A stretch of DNA of 64,000 nucleotides from Pseudomonas phage PaBG. Positions 1 through 8,551 of the stretch are shown here, in pieces (the stretch's first letter is position 1; every line of letters begins with the position of its first letter). The position numbers and the translations under genes are program-made. Location of the stretch: sequence record KF147891.1; one strand, given 5' to 3'. A model generated the notes under the pieces. It saw only the letters and a program-made list of their open reading frames with translations. It was not told where the DNA came from and made no database searches.

Positions 1-570
1 GCGCGCTTTATCGCTGAGTTCCCGCACTCTGACTTCTTCCTCTCGGAAGTTTCCGAGCCAATGCTGGCTGAAATGCACGAGCGCTTTGCTGATCTGCCGA
101 ACGTGTTTCCTGTGAGCTACGATCTGCGCAAGACGTCCGAGCAGATTGCCACAGCGATTCGTAATCCGAAGTTCGGCATGGCCCACGCTGGGCTGAACCC
201 TGTTGCGTCGCACACTACGCTGGTGCTGTCTATTCTCACCATGATCTTCGTGCCCATCAACTTCCGCCCGAGCATCTACAAGGGCGTGTACGACGGACTG
301 GCCCGCGGCGGCGCGTTCATCGTTGTCGAGAAGGTGCTTGGCAACTCCGCCGCCATGCAAGAGCTGCTGGTTGACGTGTACCACGAGTACAAGCACGACA
401 ACGGCTACAGCTGGGAAGCCATCGAGCGCAAACGCGCCGCCCTCGAAGGCGTGCAAGTACCTGTGAGCCATGAGACCAACATCGATATGTTGCGTGCCGC
501 TGGCTTCCGCAACGTCGAATCGTTCTGGCGCAACATGAATTTCGTGGCCTATCTGGCTATCAAGGATTAA
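1..570 (+). CDS. CmoA-family class I SAM-dependent methyltransferase-fold protein (carboxy-S-adenosyl-L-methionine synthase-like); 5' end lies upstream of the window
   Basis: The reading frame is open from nt 1 (no stop before the ATG at 61) and ends with TAA at 570. The C-terminal 170 aa align by eye with the E. coli CmoA C-terminus: GGAFIVVEK / GGALVLSEK, LLVDVYHEYKHDNGYS / LLFNMHHDFKRANGYS, EAIERKRAALEGV / EISQKRSMLENV, LRAAGF / LHKAGF, WRNMNFVAYLAIK / WFQCFNFGSLVALK. Confidence 0.6.
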   Translation, partial: ARFIAEFPHSDFFLSEVSEPMLAEMHERFADLPNVFPVSYDLRKTSEQIATAIRNPKFGMAHAGLNPVASHTTLVLSILTMIFVPINFRPSIYKGVYDGLARGGAFIVVEKVLGNSAAMQELLVDVYHEYKHDNGYSWEAIERKRAALEGVQVPVSHETNIDMLRAAGFRNVESFWRNMNFVAYLAIKD

Positions 571-572
571 CG

Positions 573-1025
573 ATGCGTGAACTCAAGCTACTCCGCAAGC
601 GCGTAAAGCAGGCTTGGGCGGCAGAAGCTGACCTGAGTCCGAATGAGCGAGAACTGCACCAGTGGCAGTTCCTGTCGATGCAGAGCAACGTGCCCTATGT
701 CGTCGGTAAGGGTGCCGCCAACACGTTCTTCTATCGTGTCGGTACTACTGGTGAAATGACCTACGTGATGCCAGACGAAATGTTTGCCATCATGGACAAG
801 TGGGTCAACTCTAGCTTTGCTTTGTTCGCCATCACCAAGACGCGCGACATCAAAGACGCCCCGTGCTCCACGGACATCAACGTCCTGCTGCAAAAGACGA
901 AGGACAAGTACGTCGGTTATTTCATTGTCGGTATCACACCCGACCAGCGTGTAGTTCGCCTGCATGTATTGAAAAGCGGACTCCGCAAAAACCAATGGGT
1001 GCCCTTCAAGCCGAAGAAACGGTAA
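573..1025 (+). CDS. hypothetical protein (150 aa)
   Basis: ATG start 3 nt after the upstream stop; compact operon context; no recognisable motif. Confidence 0.4.
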   Translation: MRELKLLRKRVKQAWAAEADLSPNERELHQWQFLSMQSNVPYVVGKGAANTFFYRVGTTGEMTYVMPDEMFAIMDKWVNSSFALFAITKTRDIKDAPCSTDINVLLQKTKDKYVGYFIVGITPDQRVVRLHVLKSGLRKNQWVPFKPKKR

Positions 1026-1034
1026 GGAAAGACA

Positions 1035-1859
1035 ATGGACCAGAAGACTCGTTCCAAGAAATTGCGCCGAGCGCTCGTTGCGCAGGCGAAGTCGGTGGGC
1101 GTCAAGAATGTAGCCGTTCCCATGAGCAGCGGTGTGGACAGTCACTGTGCGCTGTTCGCCTGCCTCGAAGCTGGGTTGAGCCCGCACGTCTACTCGTTCC
1201 ATCTGGACGGCGTTGAAAGCCGTGACGTGCGTGTCGCCGAGAAGACAGCGGAAGCCTTCGATCTGCCGTTCACCAAAGTGACGCTACCCAATGGCAAGAA
1301 GCAACTCATCAAGGACGTCATCGAGCTTGCCCGTTTCGGCTGCCGTAGCAAGACGGACTTCGAGTGCTTCTGGCCAATGTGGCACTTGCTGCCGAAGATC
1401 AAGCAGAAGGCTTTCTTCACCGGCCATGGTGCCGACAGCCTGTACTGCCTTAGCCGCAAAGCTGTTCAACACTACGCCGGCCGCGAAGATGAATTTCGTA
1501 GGCTGGCTTTCTCGTCCAACAAAGCCTTCCAGAAGGGCTTGATCGAGAAGTGGTGTGAGACTAAGGGCAAAGGCAAAATCTACTGCCCGATCTTCTTCAA
1601 CCAGCAGACGCTTGCAATCTTCCAAGGCGCCAAGCCTGCTGATCTGAACAAGCCGATCCAGAAAGCCGTGAGCCGCATGGCGTTCGAGGAATACTTCGAG
1701 CATGTGCGCGTCTACGTTCACCAACCTTTCCAGTTGGGTGACACCGGCATCAAGATCGGCTTCGAGCAGCATCTGCTGGACAGCGAACTCAACACCAAGT
1801 CCTACAAAAGCGTTGTCGGCATTTATAATGAGCTGGTGCGCAACTACGGGAAGAAGTGA
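1035..1859 (+). CDS. PP-loop ATP pyrophosphatase superfamily protein (PAPS-reductase / QueC / Asn-synthase-like fold)
   Basis: RBS AAGGAAAG 8 nt upstream. N-terminal strand-loop VAVPMSSGVDSHCALFACLEAG matches the SGGxDS PP-loop signature in its usual position. Confidence 0.5.
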   Translation: MDQKTRSKKLRRALVAQAKSVGVKNVAVPMSSGVDSHCALFACLEAGLSPHVYSFHLDGVESRDVRVAEKTAEAFDLPFTKVTLPNGKKQLIKDVIELARFGCRSKTDFECFWPMWHLLPKIKQKAFFTGHGADSLYCLSRKAVQHYAGREDEFRRLAFSSNKAFQKGLIEKWCETKGKGKIYCPIFFNQQTLAIFQGAKPADLNKPIQKAVSRMAFEEYFEHVRVYVHQPFQLGDTGIKIGFEQHLLDSELNTKSYKSVVGIYNELVRNYGKK

Positions 1860-1861
1860 CC

Positions 1862-2473
1862 ATGTTCATCCAAAACTATATCCACTACAAGACCGATCCC
1901 GCCTCGTGGGTGCTGAACACGCTGTTCCCGCTGACTGCGGAAGAGTACGGCGACCAGCAAGCTTGGCTCGATGCTGGAGCTCCAGACGAACCTCCGATGA
2001 CTCGCGTCCTGAATGCTGAGCAAGATCGACTGTTCAAGCTGGTACACAAGCACGCCAGTGACTACTACGCGCAGAACAAGCCGTACCTGAACTCCGTCGC
2101 AATCATGATGGCAATGACCGCGCTCTACGGTGAGCAGCAAGTTCTCGGCCATTCGTATCGCGGTGCATTCCTGTTTGCCGGCAACTGCGAAGCGATGTTC
2201 AGTCGTCTGGTGATGCAAGGTCAAGGTGCAATGGATTTCATGCGCTACAACCTTGCACAAGAAGTAACTGGTGACCCGATGCTCGCGGTAATTCGCGCCG
2301 AGCAACTGTGCCACAAGTACGGCCTGCGTAATCACCGCATGCCAACCGGTGACGGTACCGACATCGTGTTCAGCCTTGAGCCGATCGCCAACCCGGTGTT
2401 CGATAACGTCAAATACATTCCATCCGTCGCTGGCTACTATACCATCGTCGGCAAAGGTGCAGCGAGGGATTAA
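1862..2473 (+). CDS. hypothetical protein
   Basis: The ORF-track frame begins with GTG at 1856, overlapping the upstream stop. The first ATG is at 1862 (MFIQNY...). No recognisable motif. Confidence 0.4.
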   Translation: MFIQNYIHYKTDPASWVLNTLFPLTAEEYGDQQAWLDAGAPDEPPMTRVLNAEQDRLFKLVHKHASDYYAQNKPYLNSVAIMMAMTALYGEQQVLGHSYRGAFLFAGNCEAMFSRLVMQGQGAMDFMRYNLAQEVTGDPMLAVIRAEQLCHKYGLRNHRMPTGDGTDIVFSLEPIANPVFDNVKYIPSVAGYYTIVGKGAARD

Positions 2474-2475
2474 CC

Positions 2476-3537
2476 GTGGCCAAGAAAGACAAACTCAAGA
2501 AGAAAAAAGGTGATGTCAAGATCGATGTCACCGTCGAGAAGAAAAAGAAAAAGAAGGCGAAAGCCGAGGTAATGCCGATCGCGAAGGACAGCTACATCAT
2601 CGTTCGTGTCGGTAGCAAGCACAAGCTGGCACTCGCCATCAACCCGGAACGCGGTCGCGCTGTCATCGACGAAACTCTGGCGGACGACGAGCCACAGCAC
2701 ATCGAGTTCGACGAGAACAACCTGGTGTGCAACCTGGGCACCAAGCCCAAGGGTGGCGCTGCCTTCGGCGTGCGTATCGAACCCTACGTCTCCAGCGTCG
2801 AATCCAAGTACGGCCAGATGCACTTCTTCCGCGAGCTGGGTGACCTGGAGAAGAAAGCACTCAAGCGCGCACTGCGTCGCACCTACGACGGCATGCTGGA
2901 ACAGAACCTGAACGTCTTCCCGTTCACCCAGATGAAGATTACGCCGAAGCGCGGCAAGTACGCGGGTATGTATCTGTTCCGTCGCAAGTCTGGCGAGGTC
3001 TGGGATGCCGTTGTACTGCACCCGGAGACGTTCGAGGACACCAAGTTCAACGAGTACCTGCTGTACCACGAATACGGTCACGCTGTCTGGTACAAGATGA
3101 TCACTGCCAGCTACAAGGCCAAGTGGATCAAGCTCTACCACAAGCGCCTGGAGCTGATGAACATCCTGAAAGATCGTCTTGAGCCGATGCTGGACGAACT
3201 GCTCAAGTTCGCCGGCAGTCTCAAGGACTTCTACAAGGAACTCGAAGAGGAAGACCGCCTCGTGTTCCGTGAGGTGCTGTCGCACTACAAGCGCTACCAC
3301 AAGATGGATGGCTACTCGATGGACATCCTGCACATGGAAGACACTGAGAAGTTTGCTTCGATGTGGCCGAAGCGTGCAACTCTCGTTGAATCGCGCCCTG
3401 ACCTGAGCGAATATGCGATGGTCAAGCCTGAGGAGTTCTGGGCAGAAGCGTTTGCGTTCCACATGACTGGGCGCAAAATGCCCAAGGACATTACCAAAGC
3501 CATGGAGAAAACGCTGACTGCTTTGCAGAGCGTGTAG
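2476..3537 (+). CDS. putative zinc metalloprotease-like protein with a lysine-rich N-terminus (HExxH)
   Basis: GTG start with a good RBS (GAGGG, 7 nt spacing). Poly-K N-terminal segment (KKKKGDVKIDVTVEKKKKKKAKAE). HEYGH motif (YLLYHEYGHAVWY). A downstream EEFWAEAFAFH could supply the third zinc ligand or catalytic Glu. Confidence 0.45.
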   Translation: MAKKDKLKKKKGDVKIDVTVEKKKKKKAKAEVMPIAKDSYIIVRVGSKHKLALAINPERGRAVIDETLADDEPQHIEFDENNLVCNLGTKPKGGAAFGVRIEPYVSSVESKYGQMHFFRELGDLEKKALKRALRRTYDGMLEQNLNVFPFTQMKITPKRGKYAGMYLFRRKSGEVWDAVVLHPETFEDTKFNEYLLYHEYGHAVWYKMITASYKAKWIKLYHKRLELMNILKDRLEPMLDELLKFAGSLKDFYKELEEEDRLVFREVLSHYKRYHKMDGYSMDILHMEDTEKFASMWPKRATLVESRPDLSEYAMVKPEEFWAEAFAFHMTGRKMPKDITKAMEKTLTALQSV

Positions 3538-3547
3538 AGACTCCCAC

Positions 3548-4111
3548 ATGAACGACCTTGCGACGTTAAAGTCCCTAACCTCGATCAAGCCCATTGCTAC
3601 ATTGGGCAACACACCAGGCACCACCATGTTCAATCGTTTCTTCTTTGAGCGACTGAGCGCATTCGGCTCTGTGAAAAATGGCATCGTCCTGACGATTAAC
3701 GACGAAGCCTTTGAAGATGTAGAAGACTGGGGTGAGTTCATCCAGACCCCGATGGGTAACGTGACGGTTCGCCGTGCTGTTACCGAAGATGACCTGCAGA
3801 GTCTGAGTTTGCCGGGTATGGCCCATCTTCGTCATGCAGGCGTGCGCAATTTTGCTCGCCTGTTATCTGACGATGCCGTGATCTTTCGGTTTGAGACTGC
3901 GCGTTGGCAAGGCGTTGAGTATCCGATCGAGGAATTGAATCGGTACTTTGAAACCCTGCGTCGCGCTTATCACCTGAGTGACGAGGCTGGCATCATCGAC
4001 GTGCCGATTCAGCTCGGTAGTGTAAACCACCGATATACGACCAGAGCGCAGATTGAATCTGTCCTCTACCCAATGGCGTACTACTTTTTTCGAGAAGATA
4101 CGGAGCTCTAA
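3548..4111 (+). CDS. hypothetical protein (187 aa)
   Basis: ATG start; stop overlaps the RBS of the next gene; no motif. Confidence 0.4.
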   Translation: MNDLATLKSLTSIKPIATLGNTPGTTMFNRFFFERLSAFGSVKNGIVLTINDEAFEDVEDWGEFIQTPMGNVTVRRAVTEDDLQSLSLPGMAHLRHAGVRNFARLLSDDAVIFRFETARWQGVEYPIEELNRYFETLRRAYHLSDEAGIIDVPIQLGSVNHRYTTRAQIESVLYPMAYYFFREDTEL

Positions 4112-4112
4112 C

Positions 4113-4346
4113 ATGAACTTTGGTGAAGCGCTACACGTACTGGAACAAGGCGGCAAAGTCCAGCGCACCGGCTGGAATGGCAACGGCATGTGGCTCGAAC
4201 TCCAAGTGCCTGACGAACACAGCAAGATGACGCTACCGTACATCTTCCTGTCGTATCCTGCAGATGCCAAGAACACGCCCGGTGCGCGCGTACCCTGGGC
4301 TCCGTCGCAGACCGACGTTCTGGCGAAAGACTGGCAAGTGGTTTAA
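4113..4346 (+). CDS. DUF2829-family small protein (Tad2-like, candidate anti-Thoeris signal sponge)
   Basis: 77 aa. Starts MNFGEALHVLEQGGKVQRTGWNGNGMWLELQ and ends ...LAKDWQVV, matching my recollection of the DUF2829 consensus (M.FGEAL.ALK.GKKV.R.GWNGKGM...DWE). RBS GGAG 8 nt upstream. Confidence 0.55.
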   Translation: MNFGEALHVLEQGGKVQRTGWNGNGMWLELQVPDEHSKMTLPYIFLSYPADAKNTPGARVPWAPSQTDVLAKDWQVV

Positions 4347-4358
4347 CAGGAGCCCATC

Positions 4359-5498
4359 ATGGCAAAGAAAAAAGAGAAGGCACCGCTCCCGCAACCTTCT
4401 GCAACCGAATCCCTGGCGGTCAAGTATCGCCCACGCACGTTGAAGGACGTGAAAGGCCAAGACAATGCTGTCGCCGCTGTCAAAGGTATGATCAAGCAGC
4501 GCAAGTACCCGGGTGCCATCCTGATCACCGGGCCGAGCGGCACCGGCAAGACCACGCTTGCCCGCATCCTTGCCACGTACATGAATGCCGACGACCCGAA
4601 GAAAGTGAAGGAGTCGATGGCGTATCGTCTGGGCGAAAAGCACCCAGACATCCTGACGCTGAACGCTGGCACCAACGGCAAAGTCGAAGACATCCGTACG
4701 CTGGTCAAGGGCTCGCGCTCTGCTCCGATGTCCAACTACCGCGTCATCATCATCGACGAAGCACACAAGCTCACCGGCGCCTCTGCCGAAGCTCTGCTTG
4801 TTCCAATGGAAGAGCCGCCGAGTCGTACCATCTGGATTCTCTGCACGACCGACCCGGAGAAGCTGCTCGACACGATGCAGAACCGCTGTGTCAAGTTGCA
4901 CCTGAGTCCTGTGGAGCCCAACCACATCGTTGATCGTCTGGCAGAAGTTGCTGCCGCAGAAGGCGTCAAGATGGGCAAAGAGAAGGAAGCGAAGAAGGCG
5001 CTGAATGCCATCGCGCAACTTTCCGACGGCAGTATGCGCAACGCCATCTCCATTCTCGAAAACCTCATGTTCGCCGTTGCTGGTGGCTTGGATTTCTCGG
5101 CCGAGGGTGCCCTCAAGTCCTATGTCGAGTCCGGTGCTGCCGACCTAGACAAGGCAGCAGCCTCCATGGTGGCTGCGTCGCTCAATCTCGACCTGCCGGG
5201 CGCTGTCAGTATGATTCGTCGTGCTGAGAACCCGCGCGGTATCGTGTACAAGTCGCGTATGCTGGTCGATTTCCTGATCGGCGAAAAGACGAAGACTGCC
5301 AAGTTCCAACCGTACACTGGTCGCGTGTTCAAGCAGGTTGCCGAGAAGATGGGCATTAAGTACAGTCTGCGTGCCCTGCTGCTTCTCCAGACGACCATCA
5401 CGAACGTGGAGTTGCAAATGAACAGTTGCAGCATCGCCGAAGCCGTGCTGCTCCAAACCGCCATCGGCAATTTTATCATCGAGAACAAGAGCGAGTAA
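4359..5498 (+). CDS. AAA+ clamp-loader subunit (DnaX / RFC-like)
   Basis: RBS AGGAG. Starts with the RFC/DnaX box KYRPRTLKDVKGQDNAV. Walker A GPSGTGKTT, Walker B IIIDEAH, sensor region SRTIWILCTTD. Confidence 0.7.
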   Translation: MAKKKEKAPLPQPSATESLAVKYRPRTLKDVKGQDNAVAAVKGMIKQRKYPGAILITGPSGTGKTTLARILATYMNADDPKKVKESMAYRLGEKHPDILTLNAGTNGKVEDIRTLVKGSRSAPMSNYRVIIIDEAHKLTGASAEALLVPMEEPPSRTIWILCTTDPEKLLDTMQNRCVKLHLSPVEPNHIVDRLAEVAAAEGVKMGKEKEAKKALNAIAQLSDGSMRNAISILENLMFAVAGGLDFSAEGALKSYVESGAADLDKAAASMVAASLNLDLPGAVSMIRRAENPRGIVYKSRMLVDFLIGEKTKTAKFQPYTGRVFKQVAEKMGIKYSLRALLLLQTTITNVELQMNSCSIAEAVLLQTAIGNFIIENKSE

Positions 5499-5504
5499 TC
5501 GAAC

Positions 5505-7949
5505 ATGCTTGAAGGACTTGACGTTGAGCTAAACAACGTCGTCTATTTCAAGAACGCGAAACTGGACATTACCCGGCATCCGTTCACTGTCATCAGTGGG
5601 CACAACAAGGACAGCCGCATTTCCACAGAGACCAGTAACGGTGCAGGTAAGTCGCTGCTCTGGTCTGCTGTGCCAAACCTTCGTTATGAAGCAACGCCGC
5701 TTGCAACTCAGAAAAAGCGCAAGGACATCTTGGGCGCCTCCGACTCGTCAATCGCGTTTCGGTTCAAAGGCAACGACGGTAAAGTCTACCGTATCACCCA
5801 GACGCCCTCCAAGTTCGTTATTGAAAGAGACGGCAAAGACATCGAATGTCGAACCGTACCTCTACAGAAAAAGAAGATCGAGGAAATCTTCCCGATCACC
5901 GAAGATGAGTTCTACTCGTATGTGTACCTGCAATCGCAACGGCCGCTGCTGTTCCAGATAGCCAAGCCTACCGAGCGCCTGCAGTACATCACGTCCGTGT
6001 TCCGTTTGGACGTGTACGACCAGCTCAAGAAATACTTCACCAAGAAGCTTGGTGAAATCAAAAACAAGCAGGTCGAATTTGACGTGCTCAACACCCAGCT
6101 GGTGAAAGTCGATGGTCTCCTGTCGCGCCTTGACTGGAGCAAGGAGAAAGCCAAGGAACTGGAGAAGGCACAAGCCATCATCCGTACTCTTGGCGACGAC
6201 TCCAAGAAACTCCAGTCGTCCATCGAGCGGTACAAGGCGGCCATCGCGGCCAGCGAGCAGTATGCGAAGCTCAAGAAGCAACGCAAGAAGCTCAATCCTC
6301 CGATCAGCAGGAAAGAAGCCCTCGAACAGCAGGAGCTCCACGAAGCTCAGGCAGACTACCAATCTGACCTTAAGTCGTACCAAGCGCAGCGCAAGCAGCT
6401 CAAGCAACAACTGGATGAACTCGGCGACATCGAGTCTCTCCAGAAGCTGGAGAAGCGCCTCAAGAAACTCATCGACCATCAGGCAGGTGAAGAGGCTAGC
6501 TTGACCATGCTGCACGAGGCTCGCCAGGCCTACAAGCAGATCACTGCCGAACTCGACGAAGCCATTAGCGAGGCGAAATCCCTAGGCATCAAGCGTAAGG
6601 ACATCGACATCATCGTCGCCATCGGCCCTAAGGGGATGGAAGACGAAATCGCCAAGCACAGCGCCGTGTTGCAGCTTGAGTCGATTGTGTCTGACTGTGC
6701 TGATGGCGAATGCCCAACGTGCCAACAATCCGTAAATGTCAAGGCGTTCAAGAAGCAGATCGCTGCGGCAAAAGAAGCGGTGAAGAAACACAAGAAGGGG
6801 CTCGCCAAGTACGCTGCAAGCAAGGCAGTGTTTGACTTGCAGAAGAAAGCAAAGAAGCATGAGTTCAACGAAGCCAGCGAGCAGGAGTTTCTGGATCGCC
6901 GCTTGAAGTATCGGGAAACCGAAGAAAAGCTGGAGCAACTCCAAGAGCGTGTACGGGCCGCCAAGCAGGCTGACCGTATTCAGGCTAAGCTGAACGATCT
7001 GGAAAAGCCCAAAGCTCCGAAGAAAGAGCCAAGCTACTCGACCAAGCAGCTCAAGGAAATCCTTGAACAGCACTCCGAGCTGAAACGCATTGATAGCGTT
7101 CTGGCATCACTGGAAGAGCAGCACGGAACTATCGATGCAAAGGCGCTGTCTAATAAACTGGCCGATGCAGAAAAGCGCTACGCCAAGATTGAGTGTAAGT
7201 ACACCAGCGCTCAGGATGTGTGCAGCAATCTAGGTTCCAAGGCAAGTGAGTTCAAGGTCCTGCGCCGCGAGCGTAAGGATGTACTCGCACAGCTCGAAGC
7301 GATCAAGCCTATCATCGACCAGCGCGACCTGTACAAGTCCCTGGAGAAGGCATACTCCGCCAAAGGCCTCAAAGTGTTTGCGGCGAATCAGATTCTGGGT
7401 CAGATCGAACAGAACATGAATCGCTACGCCAATCTGATCTTCGCAGAACCCTTCAAGTTCAACCTGTTCGCCAAGGAAGACGGTGTGCATTGTATCGTCG
7501 ACCGCGGTAATGGGAAGAAGTCGGATGTCCGTATGCTCTCCGGAGCTGAATCGGATGCGTTCCGCCTTCTCTGGATGTGGGTAATGCTGATCATGGTTGA
7601 AGACGACCGTCGTACCAACTTCGCCGTTCTGGATGAGCCTGATTCGCACATGGACGAGACCACTCGTTCCTTGTTCATCGAGCGCTTCCTGCCGGCGCTG
7701 CGTTCGCTCGTTCCGCATGTGTTCTTGATCACTCCGTTGAGCAAGCACATGTACAGCGAGTGTGCGTACCTGACTGTCGTTAAACACAAAGGCGTTTCCC
7801 AACTGGTGGAGAATTTCGATGAGAGTAGCGGGCTTCGGATGCCACGCGCCGGACGAAGTTCTGGTGCGGCTGAACCGAGAAAACGGAGTAAGAAGAAGTC
7901 AGGTGCTCATGGTAGCGCCAGACGAAAAGCTGCCAAAGCGGCGGCCTAA
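5505..7949 (+). CDS. sbcC: SbcC / Rad50-like SMC-type recombination ATPase
   Basis: N-terminal Walker A NGAGKS. Long central lysine/glutamate-rich coiled coil with a CPTCQQ zinc-hook-like CxxC in the middle. C-terminal ABC signature and Walker B (RMLSGAESDAFRL ... FAVLDEPDSHMDE). Confidence 0.7.
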   Translation: MLEGLDVELNNVVYFKNAKLDITRHPFTVISGHNKDSRISTETSNGAGKSLLWSAVPNLRYEATPLATQKKRKDILGASDSSIAFRFKGNDGKVYRITQTPSKFVIERDGKDIECRTVPLQKKKIEEIFPITEDEFYSYVYLQSQRPLLFQIAKPTERLQYITSVFRLDVYDQLKKYFTKKLGEIKNKQVEFDVLNTQLVKVDGLLSRLDWSKEKAKELEKAQAIIRTLGDDSKKLQSSIERYKAAIAASEQYAKLKKQRKKLNPPISRKEALEQQELHEAQADYQSDLKSYQAQRKQLKQQLDELGDIESLQKLEKRLKKLIDHQAGEEASLTMLHEARQAYKQITAELDEAISEAKSLGIKRKDIDIIVAIGPKGMEDEIAKHSAVLQLESIVSDCADGECPTCQQSVNVKAFKKQIAAAKEAVKKHKKGLAKYAASKAVFDLQKKAKKHEFNEASEQEFLDRRLKYRETEEKLEQLQERVRAAKQADRIQAKLNDLEKPKAPKKEPSYSTKQLKEILEQHSELKRIDSVLASLEEQHGTIDAKALSNKLADAEKRYAKIECKYTSAQDVCSNLGSKASEFKVLRRERKDVLAQLEAIKPIIDQRDLYKSLEKAYSAKGLKVFAANQILGQIEQNMNRYANLIFAEPFKFNLFAKEDGVHCIVDRGNGKKSDVRMLSGAESDAFRLLWMWVMLIMVEDDRRTNFAVLDEPDSHMDETTRSLFIERFLPALRSLVPHVFLITPLSKHMYSECAYLTVVKHKGVSQLVENFDESSGLRMPRAGRSSGAAEPRKRSKKKSGAHGSARRKAAKAAA

Positions 7950-8547
7950 GGGAATCGATTACGTCATCATGTTCAGTGTCAAGGACATGCGGCGTAATCT
8001 GGATGCGCACCAGAGCTTTGAACCCGTGGTGTTCCTAGTGTTCGATACGCCAATCGCCCTCAGTGGTTACACGATCCAACACATGGACTTCAAGATCGGA
8101 AGCGACGTGCATATCGACGGGTTCGAGTGCATTCCACTGAATCTCAATTTAAGCATTGACTCCAAGCCGTTTGAGCGCAGCGGTCTCGACATCGTGCAAC
8201 TGTCCATCGAAGAGGTTAAGGCCCAGCGGACACTGCTCAACCAGTTGATGACCTTCATCTACTCCCTGCCAAGGGCGACACACCAACGACCAATCAACTC
8301 GGCGGTGTGTTCCTGGATGGGTAGCAAGACCACGCTCGTGAAGCTCAACAACGACTTGGCCAAGATGCGGGATAGTCCGCTGACCGCCAAGCAGCTCGCC
8401 AGACTGAACGACATCCTTTCATCCGAGACCGCAGTCCTCTATCGAGAGGCGATGCGTGAAGGTGGGGATTCCGAAGTCTTGGCTCGCCGCTATGGCATCA
8501 GCGCGTATGAAATCAACTATATGCGCGCGATTGCCGCAAGGAGCTAG
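7909..8547 (+). CDS. hypothetical protein (start uncertain: 7819, 7909 or 7969)
   Basis: ORF in a compact operon that overlaps the sbcC 3' end. The C-terminus (SEVLARRYGISAYEINYMRAIAA) is HTH-like. Confidence 0.3.
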   Translation: MVAPDEKLPKRRPKGIDYVIMFSVKDMRRNLDAHQSFEPVVFLVFDTPIALSGYTIQHMDFKIGSDVHIDGFECIPLNLNLSIDSKPFERSGLDIVQLSIEEVKAQRTLLNQLMTFIYSLPRATHQRPINSAVCSWMGSKTTLVKLNNDLAKMRDSPLTAKQLARLNDILSSETAVLYREAMREGGDSEVLARRYGISAYEINYMRAIAARS

Positions 8548-8551
8548 ACCC

